A stretch of 62,937 bases of DNA, counting the filler, from Octopus bimaculoides (taxonomy: Eukaryota): the NCBI RefSeq assembly GCF_001194135.2. It is 6 parts of 6 records of this genome, joined end to end, with 100 filler letters (N's around TTAATTAATTAA, not from the genome) between each part and the next. Parts side by side here need not be neighbours in the genome. Positions count along the whole stretch, not along the records: positions 1 to 5,371 come from NC_068988.1; positions 5,472 to 17,787 come from NC_068983.1; 4 more parts are not named here. One strand, 5' to 3'. Both the position numbers and the translations under genes were made by a program. The notes beneath the pieces are model-generated. The model saw only the letters and a program-made list of their open reading frames with translations. It had not been told where the DNA came from and did no database searches. This document shows, in pieces, positions 1 to 12,555 of this stretch (position 1 is the stretch's first letter; each line of letters begins with the position of its first letter).

Positions 1-119
1 TCATATGTACACCATTCAACTAAAGGGTTCTGTTTCCAATCCTGTAGACGCCTACAGCCAAATTTTGCAGGTATTATAAGGGAAAATACATACACTTTCT
101 CTGTTGTTCTTACCACTTA

Positions 120-508
120 TTGGGGGGTGCAATGGCCCAGTAGTTAGGGCAGCGGACTCGCGGTCATAGGATCGCGGTTTCGATTCCCAGACCGAGCGTT
201 TGAATGGTTATTGAGCGAAAACACCAAAAGATCCACATGGCTCTGGCAGGGGATGGTGGTGAACCCTGCTGTACTCTTCCACTACAACATTCTCTCACTC
301 TTACATCCTGTTTCTGTTGTGCCTGTAATTCAAAGGGTCAGCCTTCTCACACTGCGTCACGCTGAATATCCCCGAGAACTACGTTAAGGGTACACGTGTC
401 TGCGGAGCGCTTCGCCACTTTCACGTTAATTTCACGAGCAGGCTGTTCCGTTGATCGGTTCAACTGGAACCCTCAACGTCGTAAGCGACGGAGTGCCAAC
501 AACAACAA
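120..508 (+). mobile_element. tRNA-derived SINE, full length, with target-site duplication
   Basis: A-box-like TGGCCCAGTAG (133-143), B-box-like GGTTTCGATTCCC (176-188), (CAA)n tail, 11-bp direct repeat CTTACCACTTA at 109-119 and 509-519; second copy at 3881-4231. Confidence 0.85.
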
Positions 509-1677
509 CTTACCACTTAACTGCATTCGAAATTTACTTAAATAGAAACGTTTTCGACGCTTCCAAAGTTTGTTTATAAAATGTATATAAAGGAGACATT
601 TGCATTTCCTTTTCTCATAGTCTTAGACCGCTTTCAAACTAATAATTTATTCTAGAATTAAACTTTTGTTAGAGGTATTGCATTTGGATTTAGATTAGGT
701 GACAATGTTTTACTTGTATTTATAATTAATGTGATAAAAATGCATTAGGTGAAGAGATATTAAACTCTTCGTTGTTTTCTACTTTTACTCTAAAATTATG
801 GATATTTAAATTACGATGCAGTAGAAAATGTTTGCCGCATATATTAAATGGATAAAGATATAATTGAATTATAATAGCTATTATTTTTCCCTTCAAATAT
901 TCATACATTACTAAAAGGAACATTTTGAATAAAGAACAATATCCCGATTATTCTTAACAATGAAATTTCTTAGTTTGTTAAACATATACATTTACTCTCA
1001 TATGCAGAGGCACAAATTTAAACTAAAAAAACAAAAAAAAAAGACTTGCATATAATCTAAATTATGCAGGCAATTCAATTTTTTATTTTTTTTGGGCGGG
1101 GTGTTGGAAGAGTCATTTAAACTGTTGAAAAACATTCCAAATTCATTATATTCATTTCGGTTTAAGTGGGGATGTCCTTGGTGTACGTGGCTTAGTTATT
1201 AGAGGTGCTATAGCTGTGTAATTATACACTTGGAGTGTACTCCTGTATCAATTTACTCAAGTACGACGGATAACATCGCTATAGGTAATTTATTCTGTTT
1301 TGCTTGGAAATTATAGTGAACACTAGAACAAGAGTATCATTTATGTCATGATGCCAGCTACGTAGAAAGTATTTAAATATATATGTAGTCTGCTCGATGT
1401 CGAAAATTCAGATCATAACTAATATGATTTTATCGCAAAGCTATATACACCGTGTGCAATATCTTATAAGAATTATTAATGTTTCTTACAAATTTTCTAG
1501 TAGTGAGGAATTATTTCTTATGGAGCTGTTATTCCATCCGTTGTCACATGCAAGTGAATTTTTTTTTCCAGGGTAAATATATAATTTCTGAGCATGTGGG
1601 ATGAATTCAGTTAACAGGAGAGCTAACTATATGTATGCATGCATTTTAGCTTCTCGTTATACATTACTCCTGTCTTT

Positions 1678-1825
1678 GCGTTCTGAGCTCAAATTGCACC
1701 GAGGTCAACTTTGGCTTTTATCCTTTCGGGGTCGATTAATTAAGTATCAGTTGCGTACTGGGGTCGATCTAATCGACTGTCCCCCTCCCCCAAAATTTCG
1801 GGCCTTGTGCCTAGAGTAGAAAAGG
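1678..1825 (+). mobile_element. 5'-truncated SINE with Meta-domain-like core
   Basis: GAGGTCAACTTTGGCTTTTATCCTTTCGGGGTCGAT core shared with copies at 1843, 12086, 12333 and 14570; resemblance to the MetaSINE/Sauria core is from memory. Confidence 0.6.
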
Positions 1826-1842
1826 TTATACATTACTCATGT

Positions 1843-2050
1843 AAGGCGGAGAAGTGACAGAGTCGATAGCACGCCGAGCGAAATGCTTAGTGGTTTTTCG
1901 TCTGTTGCTATGTCTTGAGTTCAAATTCTGCCGAGGTCGATTTGGCCTTTCATCCATTCGGGTCTATTAAATAAGTCAACTGGAGTCGATGTGATTGACT
2001 TATCCCCACCCCCAAAATTACTGCCCTTTGTGGCACACTTTCAAACTATT
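1843..2050 (+). mobile_element. tRNA-headed SINE with Meta-domain-like core
   Basis: Head ...GAGTTCAAATTC B-box-like motif, then GAGGTCGATTTGGCCTTTCATCCATTCGGG; homologous to other copies in the window. Confidence 0.7.
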
Positions 2051-3457
2051 ATAGTTTAGTTCTGTGACGTTATTGCTTTAGTTCTAGATTTTCATCCGTT
2101 CGAAATCTCATTTACTTCACGTGTCTATTTTCCAAATTGTAGATCTAAACAAATTGTTATATTTTGTAACCTTCTTTATGGTCAGCACGCACATAGCTAG
2201 ATCTTTCTTATAGTAAACAGAAGCGATCTCCAAACCCTCGGTTGTCATATTAATTTATGTTTCCATCTACCTAATTTACTCGCGGTGTATTCGTTGGACC
2301 GTGGCTATAATAGAAGCCACCCCACTTAGTTGCTACACAGTGGAATCGAAGACACGTGATTACAGAGCGAATTTTTTTAAATCCAGACGTTCATATAATC
2401 TTAATGAAGGAACAATATTCGACGAATGTTACTGAAAGTGTATTTTGCTGTCCTATTGTAGTTTGTCTCATTCAGTCCATATATGATAGAAAGGCTTACG
2501 CTGATTAAACAGACAACACTGAATAATATAGATATCTTTGAGGCAAAAATGTAACCCTGTTCTAATTATCGTTTTCCTCAACTGACAAAAACCATATCCT
2601 TATTTACTACTATATTCTCTTGGGAATACCTATACAGATGCCAGTTTTCGTCTCAGTTAAACATCTACTCTTTTCAACCTGGACAAAAATCTATGCAACC
2701 TTCTGTTTAGCAGCTACAGATCTAGCATCTACCAAGTGCAATACGCGGCTTGTAAACTCCAAGAATAATCTCCATGTGTCAGACTTCATTATCATAGTTT
2801 GTACTAATTTCATTATAATTCTCCTAATCTAATTTACTGCATCACAATGGAATCTGGAAACTATTTGTTACATGGACGTGAGACCGGTCCGAGTCTGCAA
2901 TCCCGGTTGCAGTAAAATATATTTAATGCCTTTACTAACAACCCCGGTGATTCCCTATTAAAAACAAATGTTGAAAACCTATCTACCACGCAGTTCGACA
3001 ACAATCGGAACCAAATACAATTCAAAAGCTTAAGGACAATCTCCCTACAAATAATAGTTTTCTGTACTATAGGAAGTTTCGCCTTCCTTCTTTAGGGTTT
3101 CTACTTATGCGGTTCTGGGCTTATTTCTTCATCTATGATGCAATATAGTCTGTAAATATCATTGAGATCAGACGAAAATCAATTTTTCTTAAAAGATTCG
3201 TCCGATATATCAGGATGTGTTCATTGTAAAGAAGAAGGCAATATTGAAAATGATACCATTTATAATACATGCTACGTGCAGGTATAGTTGTCCGAGGATT
3301 TCAGTTGTGAAAGTAAATAAAGCTGCAGAGTACAACCTACTTGCTTCTCTTGCCTAAATCCCAAGAGACCTCCGCCATTAGAATCCTATGATTTGAGACT
3401 GAAATAAACATCTTGCTCTTTTAAAAATTATTCATAGTATGTATATACATGTGTGCA

Positions 3458-4417
3458 TTTCCATTGAGCAGATAAATAAGCGTTGACTTCCAAACGTTCA
3501 TACAGACTAATATACGTAGGGACACACATAGCTATGTGTACGCTCACACAGACGCGCGCGCACACACACATCTGTACATATGTACATATACGTATATACA
3601 TATNNNNNNNNNNNNNNNNNNNNNNNNNNNNNNNNNNNNNNNNNNNNNNNNNNNNNNNNNNNNNNNNNNNNNNNNNNNNNNNNNNNNNNNNNNNNNNNNN
3701 NNNNNNNNNNNNNNNNNNNNNNNNNNNNNNNNNNNNNNNNNNNNNNNNNNNNNNNNNNNNNNNNNNNNNNNNNNNNNNNNNNNNNNNNNNNNNNNNNNNN
3801 NNNNNNNNNNNNNNNNNNNNNNNNNNNNNNNNNNNNNNNNNNNNNNNNNNNNNNNCGATCCTAGTACCACGAGTTATATGAACTCGTGGTACTAGGATCG
3901 CGGTTTCGATTCCCAGACTGGGCGTCGTGAGTTTTTATTGAACAAAAGCACTTAAAGCTCCACGAGGCTCCGGCAGGGGGATGGGGGTGGAGAACCCTGC
4001 TGCACTCTTTCACCACAACTTTCTCTCACTCTTTCTTCCTGTTTCGGTTGTACTTGTATTTCAAAGGGCCAGCTTTGTCACAGTTTGTGTCGCGCTGAAT
4101 CTCCCCGAGAACTACGTTCAAGGATAGACATGTCTGTCGAATGCACAGCCACTTGCACGTTAATTTCACGTGCAGTCTGTTCCCTTGATTGGATCAACTA
4201 GAAACCTCGTCGTCGTAACCGACGGAGTGCCTTATTATACACACACACAGCACGCTCACACACACACATATATATGTATATACGTATATGTACATATGTA
4301 CAGATGTGTGTGTGCGCGCGCGTCTGTGTGAGCGTACACATAGCTATGTGTGTCCCTACGTATATTAGTCTGTATGAACGTTTGGAAGTCAACGCTTATT
4401 TATCTGCTCAATGGAAA
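3458..4417. repeat. Fold-back inverted duplication centred at about 3878
   Basis: 3458-3603 is the exact reverse complement of 4272-4417 (146 bp); 3856-3875 pairs perfectly with 3881-3900 around a 5-nt loop; the rest of the left arm is an N gap. Confidence 0.85.
3881..4231 (+). mobile_element. 5'-truncated copy of the SINE at 120-508
   Basis: Colinear similarity from GGATCGCGGTTTCGATTCCCAGAC to CGACGGAGTGCC. Confidence 0.8.
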
Positions 4418-5415
4418 GCTTTTTTCAGTGAGGATTAATTGGATTCAGTCAGCTTTAGGTGTCCTATGTATTTGTGGGACCGGCGCTAAGTTTTGTAAAA
4501 GATGAATTGTGAAGGGTGCGAGTTTATATAGCTTGGAGAAATGTGTAATCGTGAATTTCTAGAAAAAAAGTTTATTGAAAATATTATTAGTAATTCAATG
4601 CAGTCATCTCATTAATTATACCTGATTCATTCTACATTCAAATATTTTTTTTTTCCTTTCACGAACCTGTATGTAATTAAACACATGCTTTATGCTGTTT
4701 ACTGACAATGTCTCTCTGAAAAAGTGCTCATATTTCCCGCAGTTCACTATATTCCATAACAGAACGATTTTAGTTTCACGCTTCTGTCATCGAAGGAGCG
4801 AATAACTCAATAATTTAAATTCAACATTTGTTGCAAGAAATTAATAATTTACATGGAGCATGTAAGTGACGCCTCTTCACTTTTCAACAATATGACAGCC
4901 TCCAACAAGTGCTCGAATATTCAGTCATAATTACAACACCTAGTAGATTCGGTATTACAGGCTTCAATGTACCATTTAAAGTAAATATAGAGAACAATTT
5001 TTACACAGCTTGTGGGAATGTAAGCGATATTCAGAGTTTGTGTCTATGTCTTTTAGATAGCCAGTCGGACAGCTAGGAGTTGAGAACAAAAGCAAAATTA
5101 CAAACTGTTACTACAAGCATTTAAATACGACATATGTTCATTGGTACATTTGTCTTTTTCTTTTATTCGCACACAACGAAAACAAGAACACACACGCACA
5201 CACTCATATATATATATGTATATGAATGTATACATATAATTATATGTATACAGTTATGCATATTATATAAATATTGGAATATATGTATGCATATATATAT
5301 ATATATATATATATTTCCATGTATATGACTATATATATATAATTATACATATATATACATATATATATAATNNNNNNNNNNNNNNNNNNNNNNNNNNNNN
5401 NNNNNNNNNNNNNNN

Positions 5416-5427
5416 TTAATTAATTAA
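5416..5427. other. Artificial gap linker TTAATTAATTAA (assembly artefact)
   Basis: Flanked by 44 N on each side (100 bp total); stop codons in all six frames; identical at five sites. Confidence 0.95.
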
Positions 5428-6140
5428 NNNNNNNNNNNNNNNNNNNNNNNNNNNNNNNNNNNNNNNNNNNNAATATTAAAAGCAATATTTTTATTGTTTT
5501 TTTATGACCAATGGATGTAAGGTAGACAATCAATTTCTGAAAGTTACCTCGCAAAGAGTTACCTTCCTTCTCCACGTCACCCAGGAACAGGTGTTTTCTG
5601 CTCCCAGGTGCCCCGTTACTCATTATGTGAAAAATTTTAAGAGTCTAAAACCATCCCTGGAACATGAATAACGCATGTTCCCAATTTGGAGAAAATCAGT
5701 TGAAAAATACAGCCGTTATAATCTTTTACACACACACACACACACACACAGATTAGCGAACTTTAGGTTAGTTAAAATAGGTTTGTGTCATATTTCAACT
5801 TCTAAAAACAAACTCACTGCAGTTACCGTGAAGAAATAAATTCTCATTGTAAAAAAGTATAAAAACACCATATCTGTCCCATGCTGTCCCCTCTCGGATT
5901 TCCAGACGTGTTTCTAGCTCTTTAGCCATTATCAAGGGGGAAACCCAAGAGAGACAACTCTGGATAGACATAATTAAATCCATAGCTTTAACTAAAACAG
6001 TCCACAACATTGACCGAGTTGTGCCATTAGACTGCCAGTTCAGAAGAAATTACAGTATCAGCACCAAGCAATGCTTAGGCACATACCCTTTCGTCTATGC
6101 AGACAGTCAATTTAGCTTTGAGATCACTTAATCAAACATA

Positions 6141-6510
6141 TCAGGGGCTCCTCTTCTTGCAGCTTCTTTCATGGCTGATTCTTCCTATGATTGAAGTGCA
6201 GCTTCTGTCACAGTATTTGCATACCAAGAGGGTGGATCAGCGCTTTGCATTTCTGTTGTGCTCCTTTCACTGCTGACGCTTCTCAACTTGTTTGTTTCTG
6301 TAGCTGCTCTCTAGCGAAGCAGTTCCTTCTTTCACCACAGTCCTCCATGTGGTTCTGTCTTCAGCCCTCTCTTCCCAGGTGCTGACATCCACCTCACACT
6401 TGGACAAACTTGTTTTGCAAGTGTCCTTATACCTCAGTTTTGGTCTTCCTTTGATTCCACATCACCTACTAGTGATTCCACTGCACCTCATGTGTCCATA
6501 GTTTACACTG
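6141..6510 (-). mobile_element. RTE-clade LINE 3' fragment (C-terminus of the ORF, with in-frame stops)
   Basis: Minus strand reads GRPKLRYKDTCKTSLSKCEVDVSTWEERAEDRTTWRTVVKEG...CKYCDRSCTSIIGRISHERSC*, typical of RTE C-termini. Confidence 0.8.
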
Positions 6511-6867
6511 CTTTATATGATTAATATAAAGCACAATGACTAATGTTCAGTGAAGAAAACATATATTAACCCTTTAGTATTTAAACCAGCCAAATCCATC
6601 CAATATTCTGTTTTATGTTCAAACTGAACAGATATGGCATCTCATACCTACCCTACATGTCATTCTAAAAGTAAACAACATCATCGAAATCTCAAAGCTA
6701 TAAGATGCTTAATTCAAAACAATATGAATAAATAAGCTTTATATTTGACAGAATAATCTGAATGCTAAAGGGTTAGATAAAAATTTCATCACAAATCCCT
6801 CAAGATAAATGCATAAACATATAAAATAAATGGAAGTTAACACATTTTAAATGCATATTTTGGAGTT

Positions 6868-6990
6868 TTATTTATTTAAGATGTCTTTTAATGGCAATCC
6901 AGATGTTTCTGGCAGGAACAGAAGTACAACAGAAAATAGTATACATTCAATTCCAAAAATGATAAATGGAATTAATTTTCCTAATTCGTC
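6868..6990 (-). CDS. SLC22-like MFS transporter, terminal coding exon (TM12)
   Basis: Acceptor tttctattgtag; phase 0; DELGKLIPFIIFGIECILFSVVLLFLPETSGLPLKDILNK*; contains the LPET motif. Confidence 0.9.
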   Translation of the reverse strand, partial: DELGKLIPFIIFGIECILFSVVLLFLPETSGLPLKDILNK

Positions 6991-7753
6991 CTACAATAGA
7001 AATTAAGAAAGAAATAAAAGTAATTAATAGATTTTTCTAGAACATTTTTTGTGTTGTAATTTTTTTATACATTGTCATTACATTTGTCTGATCACTGACT
7101 GGCCTGAACACATGGCCAGTCATTCATTAAGTTAAAACCACATGTTGCCAACCATTCATAATACCAAAACTACCACTGAAATCAATCAATCACAGTACTA
7201 TAATCACATTTGGTTAATCACTCATTGAACTGTAAACACATCATATTACCTCAGTCATACATCATATTACACCATCTTATTGATCAGTCAGTCACAAATA
7301 TGTGAACAAACTTTTAACCATACAGAACACCACATCTGGCAAGATATTCCCAACTTCTGGTCAAATATTCATTTACATCCCTCTAAACATTCAAGATGTA
7401 TTTCAGTATCCATCAAAAAAGTATTGTTTGGTGGCTAAACATTTAGTCACTCTATATATCTAATATATCAAATATTAACTAAAAAGGATATTTCTATGGA
7501 GTAGCTTCACCTAAGAGGAACTTCATACAGTTCAGTGTTCCCCAGCAAAATACATATCATTTTTAAAATAATGAACATTTTTTTTTGTCTAAAATCTCAG
7601 TCAACCTGTCAACAAATAACAATCTGAAACAGCTGGAAAACAAATAATACAGTTGATTAGCTACCTTCATCTAACCAATCAGCTACACGAGACTACTAAA
7701 CAAAACAAAAACTACATAATAGATTATTATTCCTATCACACTATATATTCAGT

Positions 7754-8420
7754 CTAATTGAATTACCCAATGTTGGCCAGGTTACTGCTGTTATTATTCA
7801 GATTAGTAAACAATAAATATGAAGATATATTTTTTTTCTTATAATTATTTCAAAATATCTATATTTTATTAAAAAATATCCAAATTGTAATAATAGAATT
7901 TAGAACTGAAAATCTGTCGATCTTGAAGCACCTCAAGATAAACAATATTCATTGTGTAATTTTTTGTTGAGTATCCAAATGAATAAATTGTTGCTGTTTC
8001 CAACTCGCGAACAACCAACATAGAGTTAGCCATGGGAGAAGCATGTAGAAGAGAGATGAAGTCCAACTAACTTAAAGGATTGACCCTGAGATTTGTTAAT
8101 TGAAATATCAAAACCTAGTTTGACTGGAAACTGAAATGTCCACATCTGTAGACATCTGTAGGTATGAGAGAAAATTTTGGAATAAAGACATTTTCTTTTT
8201 TGTGACTACCTGTTATGATTGTTGCCTGTAGGACATGGGGCTTCATGGAAGTAATAATTAAGCGAGTTCCATTACACAAGCAAAGTGTTTCAAGATTCCT
8301 AAGTAATATAATGGAAGCATCCAGCTTTACTGTCAAGTTATGCGGTGGCATCCCAGTGGGTTTAGGTGTGTTCAGATATTCAACAGGGTATTGAACAGCC
8401 TGATCTAAAATGTCCTTTAC
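7754..8420 (-). mobile_element. Helitron 3' fragment (PIF1-type helicase C-terminus plus terminal hairpin)
   Basis: PTGMPPHNLTVKLDASIILLRNL..LCNGTRLII..VFIPK; then CFSHG*LYVGCSRVG and NIVYLEVL; 3' end ACCTGGCCAACATTGGGT..TCAATTAG resembles a decayed hairpin plus CTAG. Confidence 0.85.
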
Positions 8421-8730
8421 TATCTCGTACGTCTTGAACACACAACACACACACACTCACAAACACATACACACTCATATATAAAATGTGTTGCCATCAT
8501 GGTATAAAATGTCCTTTACTATGTTGTACATAATGAATATGCAGACACACACACTCACAGACACATATACATTCATATACAAAATGTGTCGTCATTGTTG
8601 TATAAAATGTCCTTTGCTATGTCGTACGTCACAAACGTGCAAACACACACACACTCACAGGCACATACACACTCATATACAAAATGTGGCGTCATTGTCA
8701 TTATCGTGGTATAAAATGTCCTTTACTATA
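8407..8730. repeat. About 100-bp tandem repeat with embedded CA tract, about 3.3 copies
   Basis: AAAATGTCCTTT recurs at about 8407, 8506, 8604 and 8713. Confidence 0.85.
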
Positions 8731-9304
8731 GTTCACTATAGAAAAATAGTTTGAGATAAAATGTTATATTGTTTTAATCCAAATGAAAATAAAAATTACA
8801 TGTTGACACTCACGGGGTCAAATACTATTAACTTGTAAAATTTGATTTGATTTGGCAGAGCCATTTGAGAATGCATAGGGAACAGATAGACAGACAGACA
8901 TAGAATTTTATATAGAGAGTTAAGTACATGGTCATGTGTTAAACGTTTGCATTACAATTTCAAGTTTCTGGGTTCAATCTCAATGCCCAGATCCTTGAAC
9001 AATCATTTTTTATCATAGCCTCAAGTTGACACAACACTTATCAGTGAAACTAGTTTGACAGAAACTGTGGAAGCCCATCAGAGGGACTGTCCATATAATT
9101 CAAAGGGTTAGACATGTTATATAAACATAGTAACAAGCTGAGTTTACTTGAGGATTACATTAAAGTAGTGAAATACTCAGCCACTTATTCTATAATCAAT
9201 AGGCAGTACTGTCAATCCAATAACAAAAGCACTTATGCATCAAAACTGACACAAAACCCATTCATACATCCAGACGATCTGAATACCACACTACATATAT
9301 GCAA

Positions 9305-10098
9305 TGACCAGACAGACCCACCCCCACACCATATATTCAGATAATCAAACATTCACACCATACACTCAGATGACCACACAAACCACAATGCCACATATTT
9401 ATATCCCCAGACCTCCACCCCAAACATTCACATGACCAGACTTCCTCACCATATATTCACATAACCAGAACTCCGCACCATATATTCACATGAACAGACC
9501 TCCACCCTATATATTCACATGACCAGACCTCCACACCATATATTCACATGACCAGACCTCCACACCATATATTCACATGACCAGACGTCCACCCTAGATA
9601 TTATATGACCAGACCTCCACCCTAGATATTCACATGACCAAACCTCCACACTATATATTCACACAACCAGACTTCCACCCCATATATTCACATGACCAGA
9701 CCACCTCACCATATATTCACATAACCAGACCTCCACATCATAATTTCACATGACCAGACCTCCACATTATAATTTCACATGACCAGACCTCCACCCCATA
9801 TATTATATAATCAAACTTCCACTCCATATGACTTCCACACGACCAAACCTCCTCACCATATTTTCACATGACCAGACTGCCCCATATATTCATATGACCA
9901 GAACTCCACCCCATATAATCACATAACCAGACCTCCACACCATATAGTCATATGACCACACCTCCACCCCATATATTCACATAACCAGATCCCCACACCA
10001 TATATATATACATATGACTAGATGTCCACACCATATATTCACATTACCAAACCTCCAGATCATATATTCAGATGATTAATGGACCAACATATATTCAC
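9305..10098. repeat. 29-bp minisatellite
   Basis: Unit ACCAGACCTCCACACCATATATTCACATG (period 29, e.g. 9551 and 9580), roughly 27 diverged copies, inside the SLC22-like intron. Confidence 0.95.
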
Positions 10099-10151
10099 CT
10101 ATCATATAACAAAAGACTAAAATATTCTGTCATCAACAGAAGGTATCTTAC

Positions 10152-10224
10152 CAATGTAAGTATCAACATGGCAATAATAGCACCAATACGAGCCATTGTT
10201 GAACAAGCAGCAATGCCAAGAGAC
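10152..10224 (-). CDS. SLC22-like transporter internal exon (TM11)
   Basis: ttttattttag / GTAAGA boundaries, 73 bp, phase 2 to 0; (R)SLGIAACSTMARIGAIIAMLILTL. Confidence 0.9.
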
Positions 10225-10909
10225 CTAAAATAAAATAGAATAGAATGGTTACAGTAAAGATGCATACATATTCTCACACACACACATATATACAGACATA
10301 CATAGGCACACAAATTAACACAAACACATGTACATACACACACACACGAAATTATAATAAACACAAAACACAAGTTTATATCATTTGTCCTTTAGTATGT
10401 TTCAGCACTGTGAGTGTTTGGAACAACAGCACTGGATGGTTCGAATGTAACTGGTTGCTTAACCACAACAGATCATTAGGAGAACACTTTATTGCATTAT
10501 AAATTCAACAGCAGAAATTGTACATCTTGCTGTACACACCAAATATGTATGTAAGTATGTGTGTATGTACGTTTGTGTGCATGTGTGTGCATACGTACAC
10601 ATATATGTATGCATGTGTATGTATGTATGTATGTATGTATGTATGTATGTCATTGTTCAGTTTTATTTCAATATTTCTTGCCAATAGAGAAAGAGCTGGT
10701 TTCTAACCAAGATCCAAGGCTCCTTCATTGGAATTTCAACATCAACAACAGGGTATTTTTGCTTGTATGTATGTATATGTGCAGGCTTGTATGTTTTGTT
10801 TTATGTATGTATTCTCATACATGTAGTTGCATATCTAGACATGCTCATATATATATTTAAATGATAAACTTCTAGATTTTTACGGTTCTAGTGTGTGTGT
10901 GTGTGTGTG

Positions 10910-10944
<35 letters not shown>

Positions 10945-10949
<5 letters not shown>

Positions 10950-11245
10950 CCTCAGGCCGACCAAAGCCTTGTGAGAGGATTTAGTACAAGGAAACTGAAA
11001 GAAGACTGTCGTATAATGTGTACATTTGTGTGTGTGTGTGTGTGTGTTTGTGTGTGTACCCCAAGCATTGCTTGATAACCAGTGTTGCTATGTTTACATT
11101 CCCATAACTTAGCAGTTCGGCAAAAGACATGGATAGAATAAGCACTAAGCTTACAAAGAATAAATCTTGTGATTGATTTGTTTGACCAATAGCAGTGCTC
11201 CAGCATGGCTGCAGTCACATGACTGAAACCAGTAAAACAATAAAA
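10945..11245 (+). mobile_element. SINE with internal (TG)n microsatellite, 5'-truncated
   Basis: GGCCGACCAAAGCCTTG...GAAACTGAAAGAAG, TG tract, then GTGCTCCAGCATGGCTGCAGTCACATGACTGAAAC; homologous to 17905-18130 and 58741-59158. Confidence 0.8.
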
Positions 11246-11303
11246 AAAAACTATGGCATTTTAATCCCGAGCAAGGCGAAGTGTCTTTGCTAGTGTGTGT
11301 GTA

Positions 11304-11359
<56 letters not shown>

Positions 11360-11426
11360 TACATATATATATATAAACATATATATATGCATTAAATGTT
11401 AATGATGATGATGATACACGCACATG

Positions 11427-11457
<31 letters not shown>

Positions 11458-11787
11458 CTATATATACATATATATATATATACATATATATTTGTTATGT
11501 GCAACAGAAGCAGCAGTATTATATCAAAATAGCCTTCTGTGAATCATTTAATGCTAACTGCAAATACACCAAAAAAAAGGCAAATTAACAGCAGCATTGA
11601 TCAGGGGATAATATCTATTATAAAATAAATATATAGGTAGCATTAGTGGCAATGACAATGCTAGATGCACATTTCTGCCTCATTGGGCTTTGTCAGTAGC
11701 ATGTACTCTCTGCATGATCTTCATCTGCTACTGACATATTTGTATTATATGTAAAAAAAAAAAAATCATTTCACAAACCACACTTAC

Positions 11788-11908
11788 CTGACAACTGTAG
11801 GAAACATCTCAGCTGTTAAAACTTGTAAAGCAGCCCAAGCACCTGTTCCTGTAGATTTAGCTAATGTGATGATAACTGTTATTACTGTCTCGTAATTGCT
11901 AGCAGTTT
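11788..11908 (-). CDS. SLC22-like transporter internal exon (TM10)
   Basis: ttatttacag / GTAAGT boundaries, 121 bp, phase 1 to 2; TASNYETVITVIITLAKSTGTGAWAALQVLTAEMFPTVV(R); matches the ExFPTxxR motif. Confidence 0.92.
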
Positions 11909-12085
11909 CTGTAAATAATAACAATTATATTCTGTAATACTACATTATCGCTGCAGATAGTCAGTGAAACAGAAGCAGTAGTAAATGCAAGTAATAAAAC
12001 TGGATGACAAGTATTTTTTGGTTTTACTGAGAGTAAGTGACATTACACCCCTACTGCTGTTACTCCTACAGTAAGAGTACGAGGC

Positions 12086-12300
12086 ATTAATGTTGTTTTC
12101 AAATTTTAACACAAGGCCAGTAATTTCAGGGAAGAGGGATAGTCGATTACCAGAGCACAACTGGTACTGATTTTATTGATCCAAAAAGGATGAAAGGCAA
12201 AGTTGACCACAACAGAACTTGAACTTATAACATGAGTACAGATGAAATGCTGCTAAGCATTTAGCCCAGCACAGTAGCAATTCTGCCAGCTTGCCACCTT
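12086..12300 (-). mobile_element. Meta-core SINE (left member of an inverted pair)
   Basis: Reverse complement reads GGTGGCAAGCTGGCAGAATTG...GGTCAACTTTGCCTTTCATCC. Confidence 0.8.
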
Positions 12301-12332
12301 CACTAGATATTAATATTAATAGCACAAGAAAC

Positions 12333-12555
12333 TGCAGCAAGCTGTCAGAATTGTTAGTACACCAGGCAAAATGCTTAGCAGTATTTCATCTATCTTTACA
12401 ATCTGAGCTCGAATTCTGCTGGGGTCAACTTTGTCTTTCATCTTCTCAGGGTTGATAAAATAAGGACCAGTTGAGCACTGGGATTGATCTGATTGACTTA
12501 GGCCCTCCTCTTGAAATTACTGACCTTGTGCAAAAATTTGAAACCAATATTAATA
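12333..12555 (+). mobile_element. Meta-core SINE (right member of an inverted pair)
   Basis: GCAAGCTGTCAGAATTG...GGTCAACTTTGTCTTTCATC...TTGAAACCAATATTAAT. Confidence 0.8.

Noticed and set aside
5548-5623. GSRKHLFLGDVEKEG with GTAAC donor-like sites
   Set aside because: Could be another RTE scrap or an exon; too short to assign.
6310-6370. CTGAAGA...GAAA on the minus strand
   Set aside because: Lies inside RTE coding sequence; lacks U16.1 and stem I.
9305-10098. CRISPR-like regular repeat
   Set aside because: Head-to-tail units with no unique spacers, in a eukaryotic context.
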